Positions 41,326 to 50,109 of a stretch of 64,000 nt of DNA are shown in pieces. Source of the DNA: an uncultured Gammaproteobacteria bacterium (GTDB taxonomy: Bacteria; Patescibacteriota; Patescibacteriia; XYB2-FULL-38-15). The stretch is taken from assembly GCA_965231095.1 (NCBI GenBank), contig OZ246416.1:741595-805594 (forward strand). Direction: 5' to 3'. The first letter of the stretch is position 1, and the number at the start of each line of letters is the position of its first letter. The notes beneath the pieces were generated by a model. It was not told the DNA's origin and did not search any database. It saw only the letters and a list, made by a program, of their open reading frames with translations. The position numbers and the translations under genes are program-made.

Positions 41326-42243
41326 TTACTTACCACGCCGCCGGCCGTGAAAACTTTTGTGGACATCGCGAAGTTGTTGATTGGTAATATGGGTATAAAT
41401 TTGGGTGGTCGTAATTGATGAATGGCCGAGCATGGCCTGGACCGAACGGATGTCGGCGCCGTTCATCAGCAAATCGGTGGCGTAAGAATGGCGCATGGTG
41501 TGCGGCGTCACTTTTTTGGTGATGCCGGCGATTTTGGAATATTTTTTCACCAGCCGTTCCACGCTCCGGGGAGTGAGCGCGCCTTCACTCTCGTGCGCCC
41601 GGTCGTGGGAGACGAATAAAAACGGTGAAACATCTTGGCGCGCTTCCAGATATTTTTTGATCCAAAATCTTGATTGGTTTGATAAAAAGACCACGCGCGG
41701 TTTGTCGCCCTTGCCGCGAACGGTAAATTCATCTTTTTTCAAATTAACTTGTTCTTTTTTTAAATTTGCCAATTCGGAAACGCGGAGCCCGGTGGAAAAA
41801 AGCATTTCAATAATTGCCTTGTCTCTTTGTTTAATAATTTCCGGGGAGTCGGCCAGAGTTGGCGCTTCAAGGATTCTTTCTAAATCAGAACCTTCCAAAA
41901 AATCAACAATTCTCTCCGGCATTTTTCCCAATTCTATCTTTTCCGCGGATAAAGTTTTGATGTCGCGTTTGGCCAGATATTTTAGAAAAGCCCGGAGAGC
42001 AATCAGATGATAGTTCTGAGTATTTTTTTTCAGAGCGCGGCCGTGCTCGTCGGTAAAACGATTAAGCCAAAGGCGATACTGCCGGACTTTTTCCTGGGTG
42101 ATGGCCGAGGGAGAAACGTCGCCGCCCCAGAGAGCGAAACGTTTTAAATAAAAATCATAATTCCGGATAGTTTTATCCGAACGGTTTCTTTCTATCTCCA
42201 GGTATTCTAGAAATTGAGTTATGAGGGTGTTAAGTTGCGCCAT
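41326..42243 (-). CDS. XerC/D-like tyrosine recombinase
   Basis: STGLRVSEL, GKGDKPR, TPHTMRHSYAT, LGHSSITTTQIY. Confidence 0.9.
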   Translation of the reverse strand: MAQLNTLITQFLEYLEIERNRSDKTIRNYDFYLKRFALWGGDVSPSAITQEKVRQYRLWLNRFTDEHGRALKKNTQNYHLIALRAFLKYLAKRDIKTLSAEKIELGKMPERIVDFLEGSDLERILEAPTLADSPEIIKQRDKAIIEMLFSTGLRVSELANLKKEQVNLKKDEFTVRGKGDKPRVVFLSNQSRFWIKKYLEARQDVSPFLFVSHDRAHESEGALTPRSVERLVKKYSKIAGITKKVTPHTMRHSYATDLLMNGADIRSVQAMLGHSSITTTQIYTHITNQQLRDVHKSFHGRRRGK

Positions 42244-42323
42244 AAAATACTATATACAATATACTAGAGACTAAATACACAATTAAGCGTCGTACAATTT
42301 TATTTTATCCTAAAATCAACGGC

Positions 42324-42352
42324 TTGACAAATTCTCAAAAACGTGTTATTAT
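42324..42352 (+). promoter_or_regulatory. promoter upstream of the DGR target gene
   Basis: TTGACA, 17 nt spacer, TGnTATTAT. Confidence 0.6.
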
Positions 42353-42437
42353 AAAATGTTGAATAATCGTTCTTTTTAAGCTATAATTTGGCTAAAATAA
42401 GGATAAATTTCTATCTTTCTTTTGGCGGTTTTACACT

Positions 42438-42518
42438 GTCATTGCGAGGACCCGCCGAATAGGCGGGGACGCGGCAATCCCACGGTTATGAGATTGCTTC
42501 GCTGCGGCTCGCAATGAC
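42438..42518. repeat. palindromic REP-like element
   Basis: GTCATTGCGAG...CTCGCAATGAC; 3' ~30 nt identical to the copy at 44314-44414. Confidence 0.8.
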
Positions 42519-42624
42519 AAAAGAACAGACCCTCAAAAGAAGGCTGGGAATGAAAACCCAAGCCAACCTCCGGGCCACTTCGGTTCGGAGTATCCGCCTA
42601 CTTTGGGTGGAAAGGAAATGAGTC

Positions 42625-43332
42625 ATGAAGGAACGGAAGGCGTCGTGGCGGAGTATCGTGGCGATGCTGGGCGATCTGGACGAGCCGGAACTCCTGGCCC
42701 TTGCGGACAATCCGCAGGAGGTTGGGAAACTGGCGCGGGAGCTCGTCGCCCGGGCGGTGGAGAGCATCTTCTTCACCCCTGTCTCGGACAAGGATCTCGC
42801 CGAGGAACTCCGCGGCCTCGCCGCGAAGTGGCGGCGTCTGGCGGCCGAACTCGGCTACGCCGGGCCCGTGGCCTGGAAGGTCAAAGCCGGCTTCACCCTG
42901 AAGCAGCACGCCCCGAAGGCCGGACCGTGCGAGCAGAACTTCGCCTACCTCCGGGACTGGGAATTCCGGAACGACGAAGCCACGAAGGACGGCATCGTCT
43001 TCTGGATCCCGCGGCTCCTGCCGGGAAGCACGGCGAAGACCGTGAACGAACAGATGAAGCTCCTCGCCGATCTCCGGCAGAGGAACGATCTGCCCGCCAC
43101 CCACCTCACCTCGTTCGGTTCGGCGGCGCTCCTCGCCGGCCTCGTCCTCGCCCACTTCAAGATCACGGGCGAGCGGGTGCCTCTGGACCGCTACTGGGTC
43201 CGGACCGACACCCGGCGCGCGGACGGCATCCGTCTCGGTCTCGGCGACTTCGACGAGAGCGGCCTCTGCTGCTACTCCTACTGGGGCGACTACCGGTACG
43301 TCGACTTGGGCTGCTTCGCTCTGGGGGTGTAA
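42625..43332 (+). CDS. DGR target (variable) protein with C-terminal VR, presumed CLec-like fold
   Basis: The last 38 codons align to TR with adenine-specific differences; GC-rich; no signal peptide. Confidence 0.9.
   Translation: MKERKASWRSIVAMLGDLDEPELLALADNPQEVGKLARELVARAVESIFFTPVSDKDLAEELRGLAAKWRRLAAELGYAGPVAWKVKAGFTLKQHAPKAGPCEQNFAYLRDWEFRNDEATKDGIVFWIPRLLPGSTAKTVNEQMKLLADLRQRNDLPATHLTSFGSAALLAGLVLAHFKITGERVPLDRYWVRTDTRRADGIRLGLGDFDESGLCCYSYWGDYRYVDLGCFALGV
43216..43329 (+). repeat. DGR variable repeat (VR)
   Basis: Aligns with 43755-43871; 16 core substitutions all at TR adenines; one 3-nt gap. Confidence 0.93.
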
Positions 43333-43341
43333 TGGTGCTTG

Positions 43342-43361
43342 GAGCCTAGGACACTAGGCTC
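43342..43361 (+). promoter_or_regulatory. DGR post-VR hairpin/cruciform
   Basis: GAGCCTAG-GACA-CTAGGCTC: perfect 8-bp stem with a GRNA-type loop, 10 nt after the stop codon. Confidence 0.8.
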
Positions 43362-43385
43362 TTGGCCCAGCCCTCGGACGCTTGG

Positions 43386-43423
43386 ACCCTGACGCGAGAA
43401 ATCGTGTTGGGGTCTTTTTTTAT
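43386..43423 (+). terminator. terminator after the DGR target
   Basis: GACCCTGACGCG...CGTGTTGGGGTC followed by a T-tract. Confidence 0.6.
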
Positions 43424-43754
43424 TATCAAGTGAGTGAGAGAAATGAAGTCGCAATTTCATTTCCGAGCGAGCGCAGATAATATGTAATATTTCTAAATTA
43501 TGATATAGTTTAAAACTGCGTCGCAAGATGCCGTCGCCCGTGGGCGACGGCCGGCAGGACAAGATATTTGTTGGGCCGGAATGGCGTTGTCTTTATTGAT
43601 CGCGCCAGCGCGCCGGCAGATATCTAAAGAGAACATTGTACACACCCCGTGCCGTAAGTTAGCGGGCTTAAAGACCGCGAATAAAATACAGCTTGGAGAG
43701 TATTCAACAAGCAGTGGCGCGGACGACTTACGGCATATTTTAAAGTTGACCCTG

Positions 43755-43871
43755 AACGCGAACGGCAACCGTCTCGATCTCGGCAACTTCGACGAGAGCG
43801 GCCTCAACTGCGACAACTACAACTGGGACGACAACCGGAACGACAACTTGGGCTGCTTCGCTCTGATGGTG
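43755..43871 (+). repeat. DGR template repeat (TR)
   Basis: Ten AAC codons in the VR frame; non-coding copy of VR. Confidence 0.93.
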
Positions 43872-43876
43872 TGTAG

Positions 43877-43909
43877 AAAAAAGAAGGCGGGTTTGTCCCG
43901 CCTTCTTTT
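43877..43909. terminator. bidirectional terminator between TR and avd
   Basis: AAAAGAAGGCGGG-TTTGT-CCCGCCTTCTTTT. Confidence 0.75.
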
Positions 43910-44318
43910 AATGAGAAGATTTTTTAAAAATATTTATCCACCCGCCAATCATTTTTCCGGAGGCGGCGAGCGGCAAGGAAAGGGCGGAATATTTTTTATA
44001 GTCTAATCCGTTCAATTCCCAAAGAGTTTTAAGAAAAAATTTCAGACAGTCAAGTTTGGCGCTTAATTTTTGAATGATTTTTGATTTATCTTCGCGGTTC
44101 GCGTAGCCGGCGAGAAGCGTAAGTTCCAAACAATCGGTAAAAAGATTATCAATTTTCACGCCAAGCGAGAAACGGGTCAGGCGCGGCAGGCGGGAAAGAA
44201 AAGAGTGCCAAAGTTTGTACGCCTCGCTAAATTTCGCGAGAAGCGGCAGGTCGGTTTGTGAAGCGTTGGGGGGGGGGATTAGAGGAATAGAATTGGGGCA
44301 TAGGGTTGTTAGCGTCAT
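43908..44318 (-). CDS. avd: DGR accessory variability determinant (Avd-like four-helix bundle)
   Basis: LP..RFSLGVKID...KLDCLKFFL...GKMIGGW; lies between TR and RT; start codon ambiguous. Confidence 0.82.
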   Translation of the reverse strand: MTLTTLCPNSIPLIPPPNASQTDLPLLAKFSEAYKLWHSFLSRLPRLTRFSLGVKIDNLFTDCLELTLLAGYANREDKSKIIQKLSAKLDCLKFFLKTLWELNGLDYKKYSALSLPLAASGKMIGGWINIFKKSSH

Positions 44319-44414
44319 TGCGAGGGGTCCGCCAAAGTTTTGCGGCGCAAAATTTAGGCGGATGACGCGGCAATCCCACTGTCCGGAGATTGCTTCGCTG
44401 CGGCTCGCAATGAC
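44314..44414. repeat. palindromic REP-like element between divergent avd and RT
   Basis: GTCATTGCGAG...CTCGCAATGAC. Confidence 0.8.
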
Positions 44415-44428
44415 AATTATTGATAATT

Positions 44429-45457
44429 ATGAAAAAGCAATTAGATAAAATCTTTGAAGAAATTATTTCCTTAGAAAATTTGTTTTTGGCCTGGCAAGAA
44501 TTTTTGGTCGGTAAAAAGAAGAAAAGGGATGTGCAAGAGTTTTTCCGGCATCTGGCTGATAACATTTTAGCGCTTCACGAAGATTTAGCCAATAAAACTT
44601 ATCGCCACGGCGGGTATGAAAGTTTTTATGTCAACGATCCCAAGCGCCGCCATATCCATAAAGCCAGCGTCCGCGACAGATTATTACACCACGCCGTCTA
44701 TAAAATTCTCTATCCGTTTTTTGAAAAAACTTTTATTGCTGATTCATATTCTTGCCGACTTGGTAAAGGAACACATCGGGCACTCAATCGTTTCCGGGCG
44801 GTGGCTTTTCGCGTAAGCAAAAACCACACAAGGACGGTTTGGGTTTTGAAATGTGATATTAAAAAGTTTTTTGCGAGCATTAATCATAAAGTTTTGTCGG
44901 AAATTTTAAGAGAATATATTCCGGATAAAAATATTGTTTGGTTGTTGAAAAATATTATTGGAAGTTTTGTCACCAGCCCCCTCACCCCAACCCTCTCCCC
45001 GAATGGGCGAGGGGACATTGGCCTGCCGCTTGGGAATTTGACCTCGCAGCTTTTTGCCAATGTTTATATGAATGTTTTTGATCAATGGGTGAAACATAAA
45101 CTGAAAACCCAAAATTACTTACGCTACGCCGACGACTTTGTTTTCCTGTCAGAAAATCGCGAGCAACTTTTGAAGATTGTCCCACAAGCAGAAAAGTTTT
45201 TGGCGGAAAAGTTAAAATTAACTTTTCACCCCGAGAAGATTTTTTTTAAAACTTTTGCTTCGGGTGTTGATTTTTTGGGGTGGGTGAATTTCCCGCGTCA
45301 TCGCGTCTTGCGGCGGACAACCGAGCGGCGGATGTTCGCGCGCATTTTGGAAAATCCCGCGCCAGAAACCATGCAGTCGTATTTAGGCCTTCTGAAGCAC
45401 GGAAACACTTTTGGAGTACATCGGCAGGCGCTTATAAAGTATTGGTTATGGCGGTAG
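44429..45457 (+). CDS. DGR reverse transcriptase
   Basis: KRRHI..ASVRDRLLHHA, CDIKKFFASI, GLPLGNLTSQLFAN, RYADDF, GVDFLGW; no maturase or endonuclease extension. Confidence 0.95.
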   Translation: MKKQLDKIFEEIISLENLFLAWQEFLVGKKKKRDVQEFFRHLADNILALHEDLANKTYRHGGYESFYVNDPKRRHIHKASVRDRLLHHAVYKILYPFFEKTFIADSYSCRLGKGTHRALNRFRAVAFRVSKNHTRTVWVLKCDIKKFFASINHKVLSEILREYIPDKNIVWLLKNIIGSFVTSPLTPTLSPNGRGDIGLPLGNLTSQLFANVYMNVFDQWVKHKLKTQNYLRYADDFVFLSENREQLLKIVPQAEKFLAEKLKLTFHPEKIFFKTFASGVDFLGWVNFPRHRVLRRTTERRMFARILENPAPETMQSYLGLLKHGNTFGVHRQALIKYWLWR

Positions 45458-45575
45458 ATGAATTTTTTCAATAATCCTTGCCAAATAAAAAAGGCTGTGT
45501 TAATATATGAAAGTAATTTATTAATGACGGTTGGCTGGGCCAGGGAGTGGGTGGACTCGGCAACCCGTGACAAAA

Positions 45576-45836
45576 ATGTTAGACAAAAAAGCAAAAGACA
45601 AAATTATTGAAAAATTTCGGATTCACGCGACCGACACCGGTTCGCCGCAAGTCCAGGTCGCTATTTTGACCGCGGAAATTAAAGAATTGGTGGAGCACCT
45701 GAAAGAACACAAAAAAGATTTTTCTTCTCGGCGCGGTCTTTTGAAAAAAGTCGGTGAAAGACGCCGGCTATTGAAATATTTGGAGCGAGAAGATAAAAAG
45801 GGTCATGCCGAGCTCATGGAAAAATTAAAATTATAA
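45576..45836 (+). CDS. rpsO: 30S ribosomal protein S15
   Basis: [26 protein letters not shown]. Confidence 0.96.
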   Translation: MLDKKAKDKIIEKFRIHATDTGSPQVQVAILTAEIKELVEHLKEHKKDFSSRRGLLKKVGERRRLLKYLEREDKKGHAELMEKLKL

Positions 45837-45892
45837 TTTTAGAGCCCCTCCTCTCGGAGGGGTTTTCGTCTAAAAAATAAGGAGGAAATTTT

Positions 45893-46414
45893 ATGGTAAC
45901 TTATAAAGAACAACGCGTCGGAGTTTTTATTGACGTGCAAAACATGTATTATTCCGCGAAAAACCTTTACAACGCAAAGGTTAATTTTGGAAATATTTTA
46001 GAAACGGCGGTTGGCAACAGAAAATTAATCCGCGCCATCGCTTATGTCGTGAAAACTAAAACCGGCGAGGAAAAAGTTTTTTTTGAAGCGTTGGAAAAAT
46101 TAGGTCTGGAAACTCGGGAAAAAGAATTGATGGTCTACGACGGCGCGAAAAAAGCAGATTGGGATGTGGGAATTTGTATTGACTCTATTGCCCTGGCGGA
46201 AAGACTGGACGTGATCGTTATTGTTTCCGGTGACGGAGATTTTATTCCGCTCGTGCAATATTTAAAGATGAACAAGGGTTGCCGGGTGGAATCAATTGCT
46301 TTTCGCGAAACGACATCCAGCAAGCTCGTAGAAACAGTTGACAATTTTGTAGATTTGAGCCATGATAAAAGACGCTATTTGATTAGCGGGAGGACGAAGA
46401 GAACGATCATTTAA
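45893..46414 (+). CDS. NYN (LabA/DUF88) domain protein
   Basis: FIDVQN, KADWDV, SGDGDF. Confidence 0.9.
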   Translation: MVTYKEQRVGVFIDVQNMYYSAKNLYNAKVNFGNILETAVGNRKLIRAIAYVVKTKTGEEKVFFEALEKLGLETREKELMVYDGAKKADWDVGICIDSIALAERLDVIVIVSGDGDFIPLVQYLKMNKGCRVESIAFRETTSSKLVETVDNFVDLSHDKRRYLISGRTKRTII

Positions 46415-46509
46415 AAATTATAAAATTTATTAATAACTTTGGCCGTCAGACAAGTAGGCTTCTTCTGGGTAACCAGAAGTCTGAAGTTTGACGGCCAGAA
46501 CAAAAAATT

Positions 46510-48690
46510 ATGGTAAAAAAATTCGAGTTGGAGTGGGGAGGAAAGAATTTGATTGTGGAGACCGGAAAATTCGCCGGACAAGCGAACGGCAGCTGCACGG
46601 TTCGCTACGGCGATACGTTGGTTTTGGCTACAGCTACAATGTCGGGAAATCAGAGGGAAGGAATTAATTTTTTTCCTTTGATGGTTGAGTACGAAGAAAA
46701 ACTTTACGCGGCGGGAAAAATAAAAGGTTCTCGTTTTATAAAACGCGAGGGCCGTCCGACCGATGAAGCGATTTTAACAGCGCGGCTGATTGATCGTGCG
46801 ATCAGGCCGTTTTTTGATGACCGGATGAGAAATGATATCCAGGTTGTCGCTTCAACATTGTCTTGGGATCAAGAAAATGATCCGGACATTCCAGCGTTGG
46901 TTGGCGCTTCAATCGCTCTTTCCATTTCCAATATTCCCTGGAAGGGACCAATCGCCGCGGTGCGCGTCGGGCAAGTAAACGGTGAATGGGTTTTGAATCC
47001 GTCTTATGAAGCGCGAAGCAAAAGCGCGATGGATATCGTTGTCGCCGGCACGGAAGAAAAAGTTTGTATGCTTGAAGCCGGAGCCAATGAAGTTTTGGAG
47101 GCAGATGTTTTGGAAGGAATAAAATTTGGGCAAAAACATTTGAAAAAAGTTATAGAGTTGATTGAGAAAATCCGTGAAGAAATTGGAAAAACAAAAATTT
47201 CCATCGTGGAGGAAGATTTGGAGGCGGCGGCGGAAAAAGAAGGATTAAAAAATAAAGTTAAAGAATTTTTACGCGAGAAACTTGCGACTTGCCTTTTTGA
47301 CAGTAAAAAAGAAAACAAGGCGTCGCGCCAGGAAGTTTTGGATAAATTGGAACACGACCTTGAAGAATATTTAAAAGAAGAGGGGATTGGCAAAGATCGC
47401 CGCAAAGACGCGATGGGATTTTTCTATGGAGTTGTTGAAGAAGAAATCAGCCGGGTAATTTTAGAAAAAGAATTGAGGGTTGATTGCCGATCATTGCTTG
47501 ATATCCGGCCGCTTGGCGCGGAAGTGTCTCTTTTGCCGCGCACTCATGGTTCAGGATATTTTACGCGCGGTGATACGCACGTTTTGTCCGCCGTAACGCT
47601 CGGTTCGCCGGGTGATGAGCAAACTTTGGACGGAATGGAAACAAACGGCAAAAAAAGATTTATGCATCATTATAATTTTCCGCCCTTCTCGGTTGGTGAA
47701 GCTTCGCCAATGCGCGGACCGGGCCGGCGGGAAATTGGTCATGGCGCTCTGGCGGAACGCGCTCTTATTCCGGTTTTGCCGAAGACGGAAGATTTTCCAT
47801 ACACTATTCGCGTGGTCTCTGAAGTTTTAAGTTCCAACGGATCATCTTCCATGGCTTCAACTTGCGCTTCAACTTTGGCCTTGATGGACGCGGGCGTGCC
47901 GCTCAAATCTCCGGTGGCCGGAATTGCCATGGGACTTGCGTCGGATGAAAAAGGAAATTTTAAAATTTTAACCGACCTTCAGGATTTGGAAGATAGCAAA
48001 GGCGGCATGGATTTTAAAATCGCCGGAACAAGAACCGGGGTGACCGCCATTCAGATGGATACAAAAACTTTGGGTTTAACGCAAGAGATGGTGGAAAAAA
48101 CTTTGACGCAAGGCCGCGAAGCAAGAATGAAAATTTTGGACGTGATGGAGAGCGCGATTGCCGCGCCGCGACCGGAGCTTTCGCAATATGCTCCGAGAAT
48201 CATTACCTTTAAAATTAATCCGGATAGAATTCGCGACGTGATTGGTCCCGGCGGAAAAATCATTAATGAAATTATTGACGCGACCGGCGTATCAATCGAT
48301 ATTGAAAATGACGGAACAGTGGTAATTTGTTCATCTCAACCGCCGGCGTTGGATAAAGCCGTGGCTTGGGTTAAGAGTTTGACGCAAGAGGCGGAAGTCG
48401 GAGAAATTTATCAAGGACCGGTGACACGCATTTTGGACTTTGGTGCGTTCGTGGAAATTTTTCCGCACAAAGACGGGTTGGTTCATATTTCCGAACTCGC
48501 GCCTTATCGCGTGGATAAAGTCACGGACATTGTAAAAATCGGCGACGTGGTCCGCGTGAAAGTGATAAAGATTGATGAACAGGGCCGAGTTGATCTTTCA
48601 ATCAAACGATTACAAGAAAATGGAGAGCGTAACGGTGGACACGATGGAGGCAGCGGACGCCCGCCGCGCCAGGATCGCCCGAGAAGGTAG
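46510..48690 (+). CDS. pnp: polyribonucleotide nucleotidyltransferase
   Basis: Two RNase PH domains (RREIGHG, SNGSSSMAS), KH and S1 domains. Confidence 0.97.
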   Translation: MVKKFELEWGGKNLIVETGKFAGQANGSCTVRYGDTLVLATATMSGNQREGINFFPLMVEYEEKLYAAGKIKGSRFIKREGRPTDEAILTARLIDRAIRPFFDDRMRNDIQVVASTLSWDQENDPDIPALVGASIALSISNIPWKGPIAAVRVGQVNGEWVLNPSYEARSKSAMDIVVAGTEEKVCMLEAGANEVLEADVLEGIKFGQKHLKKVIELIEKIREEIGKTKISIVEEDLEAAAEKEGLKNKVKEFLREKLATCLFDSKKENKASRQEVLDKLEHDLEEYLKEEGIGKDRRKDAMGFFYGVVEEEISRVILEKELRVDCRSLLDIRPLGAEVSLLPRTHGSGYFTRGDTHVLSAVTLGSPGDEQTLDGMETNGKKRFMHHYNFPPFSVGEASPMRGPGRREIGHGALAERALIPVLPKTEDFPYTIRVVSEVLSSNGSSSMASTCASTLALMDAGVPLKSPVAGIAMGLASDEKGNFKILTDLQDLEDSKGGMDFKIAGTRTGVTAIQMDTKTLGLTQEMVEKTLTQGREARMKILDVMESAIAAPRPELSQYAPRIITFKINPDRIRDVIGPGGKIINEIIDATGVSIDIENDGTVVICSSQPPALDKAVAWVKSLTQEAEVGEIYQGPVTRILDFGAFVEIFPHKDGLVHISELAPYRVDKVTDIVKIGDVVRVKVIKIDEQGRVDLSIKRLQENGERNGGHDGGSGRPPRQDRPRR

Positions 48691-48734
48691 GGCAAGCCCT
48701 TTTCCGTTTTGTTTGGGTTTGCAAAATAGTATTT

Positions 48735-49868
48735 GTGTTTACCACCTCACTAGTTAAAAATAAACATGAAATAATGTTTTTTGAATTCTTTAAAAAGTTG
48801 GAAACAAAAACCTTGCTCATTGCGGCAGGGTTTTTGGTTCTCACAGGAGTTTTGGGATTTTCTTTTTGGTTTTATTTTAATTTTTTAAAGAGCGACAATT
48901 TTTTGGAGGCGGTACCGGCGGAAGCGGCGATATATTGGCAGAGTGATTTTAGCGGAGGAGCGGATGAGGCTTGGCTTTGGGCGATGGGGAGGACGGCGCT
49001 CTCACGCGACGCGGCCCAGCAAATTAAATTTTTGGAAGAAGTTGTCGCGCCGGAAGCGGGAAGATTGGGCTTTGCTATTTTGCCGGATTTTTCAGATTTT
49101 ATTTTTATTGGCCAGATGACTGACGAGAGTTTTTATTCCCTTAAAAACAGATTGGAAGAATTAAATTATCATTATATTTTTGGGGACAAGAAAAGAGTGA
49201 TAATTTCCAATTCAAGATTTGGGTTAGAAAAGGCGGCGGCGGTCTTGGGCCATGAAAAAAAATCTTTGGCCGATGATAAAATGAAACTGTTTTCTTTCAA
49301 TAAGGCAAAACGGCATTCCTCCTCGCAAATTTATTTTGGAGAAAATTTCAAAATTGGAGATTTCCGCGCCATGCTTTGGTTTTCCGACTTCTGGTCAAAT
49401 AATAAATTGGTCGTGGCCCCGAAGGGCGAGAGGGAGTCGCCGCAAAATTTGGCGGATTTTAGTTTTTTGGCCGTTTCAGATGATAAATATTTAAAGAATG
49501 GTATGGAGGAGATAATAAAAGATGATTTGTCCGTATTATTTCCGGAGGTTCAAGATAAAACTTTGCCTGACGGAACAAAAGTTAAAGAACTTTTGGCCAA
49601 TCCGGATATTTTTGTGTTTCAGAACGAAGAGATTCTTGGTATGCCAGTGCATTATCTTTCCGCGGGAGCCCTGAATCAAGAATTTTTAGTTGGAAGAGAA
49701 GGCCAGCGGGTAATATTTAGTGATTCGACGGAAAGTTTGCAAGATTTTTTAGTGAACACTCGCCGCAAGCCGGATTATTATGGTAAAAGTTTGGGAGAGT
49801 TGATTATGGATTGTCTGAAATCGGTTACACCTGATTTTAGTGGGATAATTTTTGAGATAAATTTGTAA
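48735..49868 (+). CDS. hypothetical membrane-anchored protein
   Basis: N-terminal TM; ..LPDGT..ELLANP motif; start uncertain. Confidence 0.6.
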   Translation: MFTTSLVKNKHEIMFFEFFKKLETKTLLIAAGFLVLTGVLGFSFWFYFNFLKSDNFLEAVPAEAAIYWQSDFSGGADEAWLWAMGRTALSRDAAQQIKFLEEVVAPEAGRLGFAILPDFSDFIFIGQMTDESFYSLKNRLEELNYHYIFGDKKRVIISNSRFGLEKAAAVLGHEKKSLADDKMKLFSFNKAKRHSSSQIYFGENFKIGDFRAMLWFSDFWSNNKLVVAPKGERESPQNLADFSFLAVSDDKYLKNGMEEIIKDDLSVLFPEVQDKTLPDGTKVKELLANPDIFVFQNEEILGMPVHYLSAGALNQEFLVGREGQRVIFSDSTESLQDFLVNTRRKPDYYGKSLGELIMDCLKSVTPDFSGIIFEINL

Positions 49869-50109
49869 AAAATTCCAGCAACGTACGAAAGGGAGGTGGA
49901 AGAGTAGACCGATTAGAGTAATGTTTAAAGATTTTTCGCTTGTAAGAAGATATTTGAGCGTAAATTTCGTGTATTGTGGATAACTTGTGAACAGACATTG
50001 TATTGATTTGGGGATAACTCGGGACATATTTATTATTTAAAATTATTTTTCTTTTAAATAAGCCAAAGTTTAGGGATTGACAAGAATGATGATTTCATGA
50101 TATAATAAT

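Noticed and set aside
41326-42243. Tyrosine recombinase as the integrase of the tRNA island or the DGR
   Set aside because: It resembles a housekeeping XerC/D in size and motifs and lies on the 5' side of the tRNAs; no att repeat was found around the DGR.
42486-43349. Overlapping alternative-frame ORFs (42603..43349 +, 42598..43155 -)
   Set aside because: Shadow ORFs of GC-rich DNA; only 42625..43332 places the TR adenines in AAC codon positions 1-2.
43581-44006. 141-aa ORF spanning TR as a second DGR target
   Set aside because: It is the open frame of the template itself (Asn-rich AAC codons), has no clear RBS, and runs through the terminator into antisense avd.
44429-45457. RT as a group II intron or retron RT
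   Set aside because: No maturase/endonuclease extension, domain V or VTG motif; the LGNxxSQ motif with TR/VR and Avd indicates a DGR.
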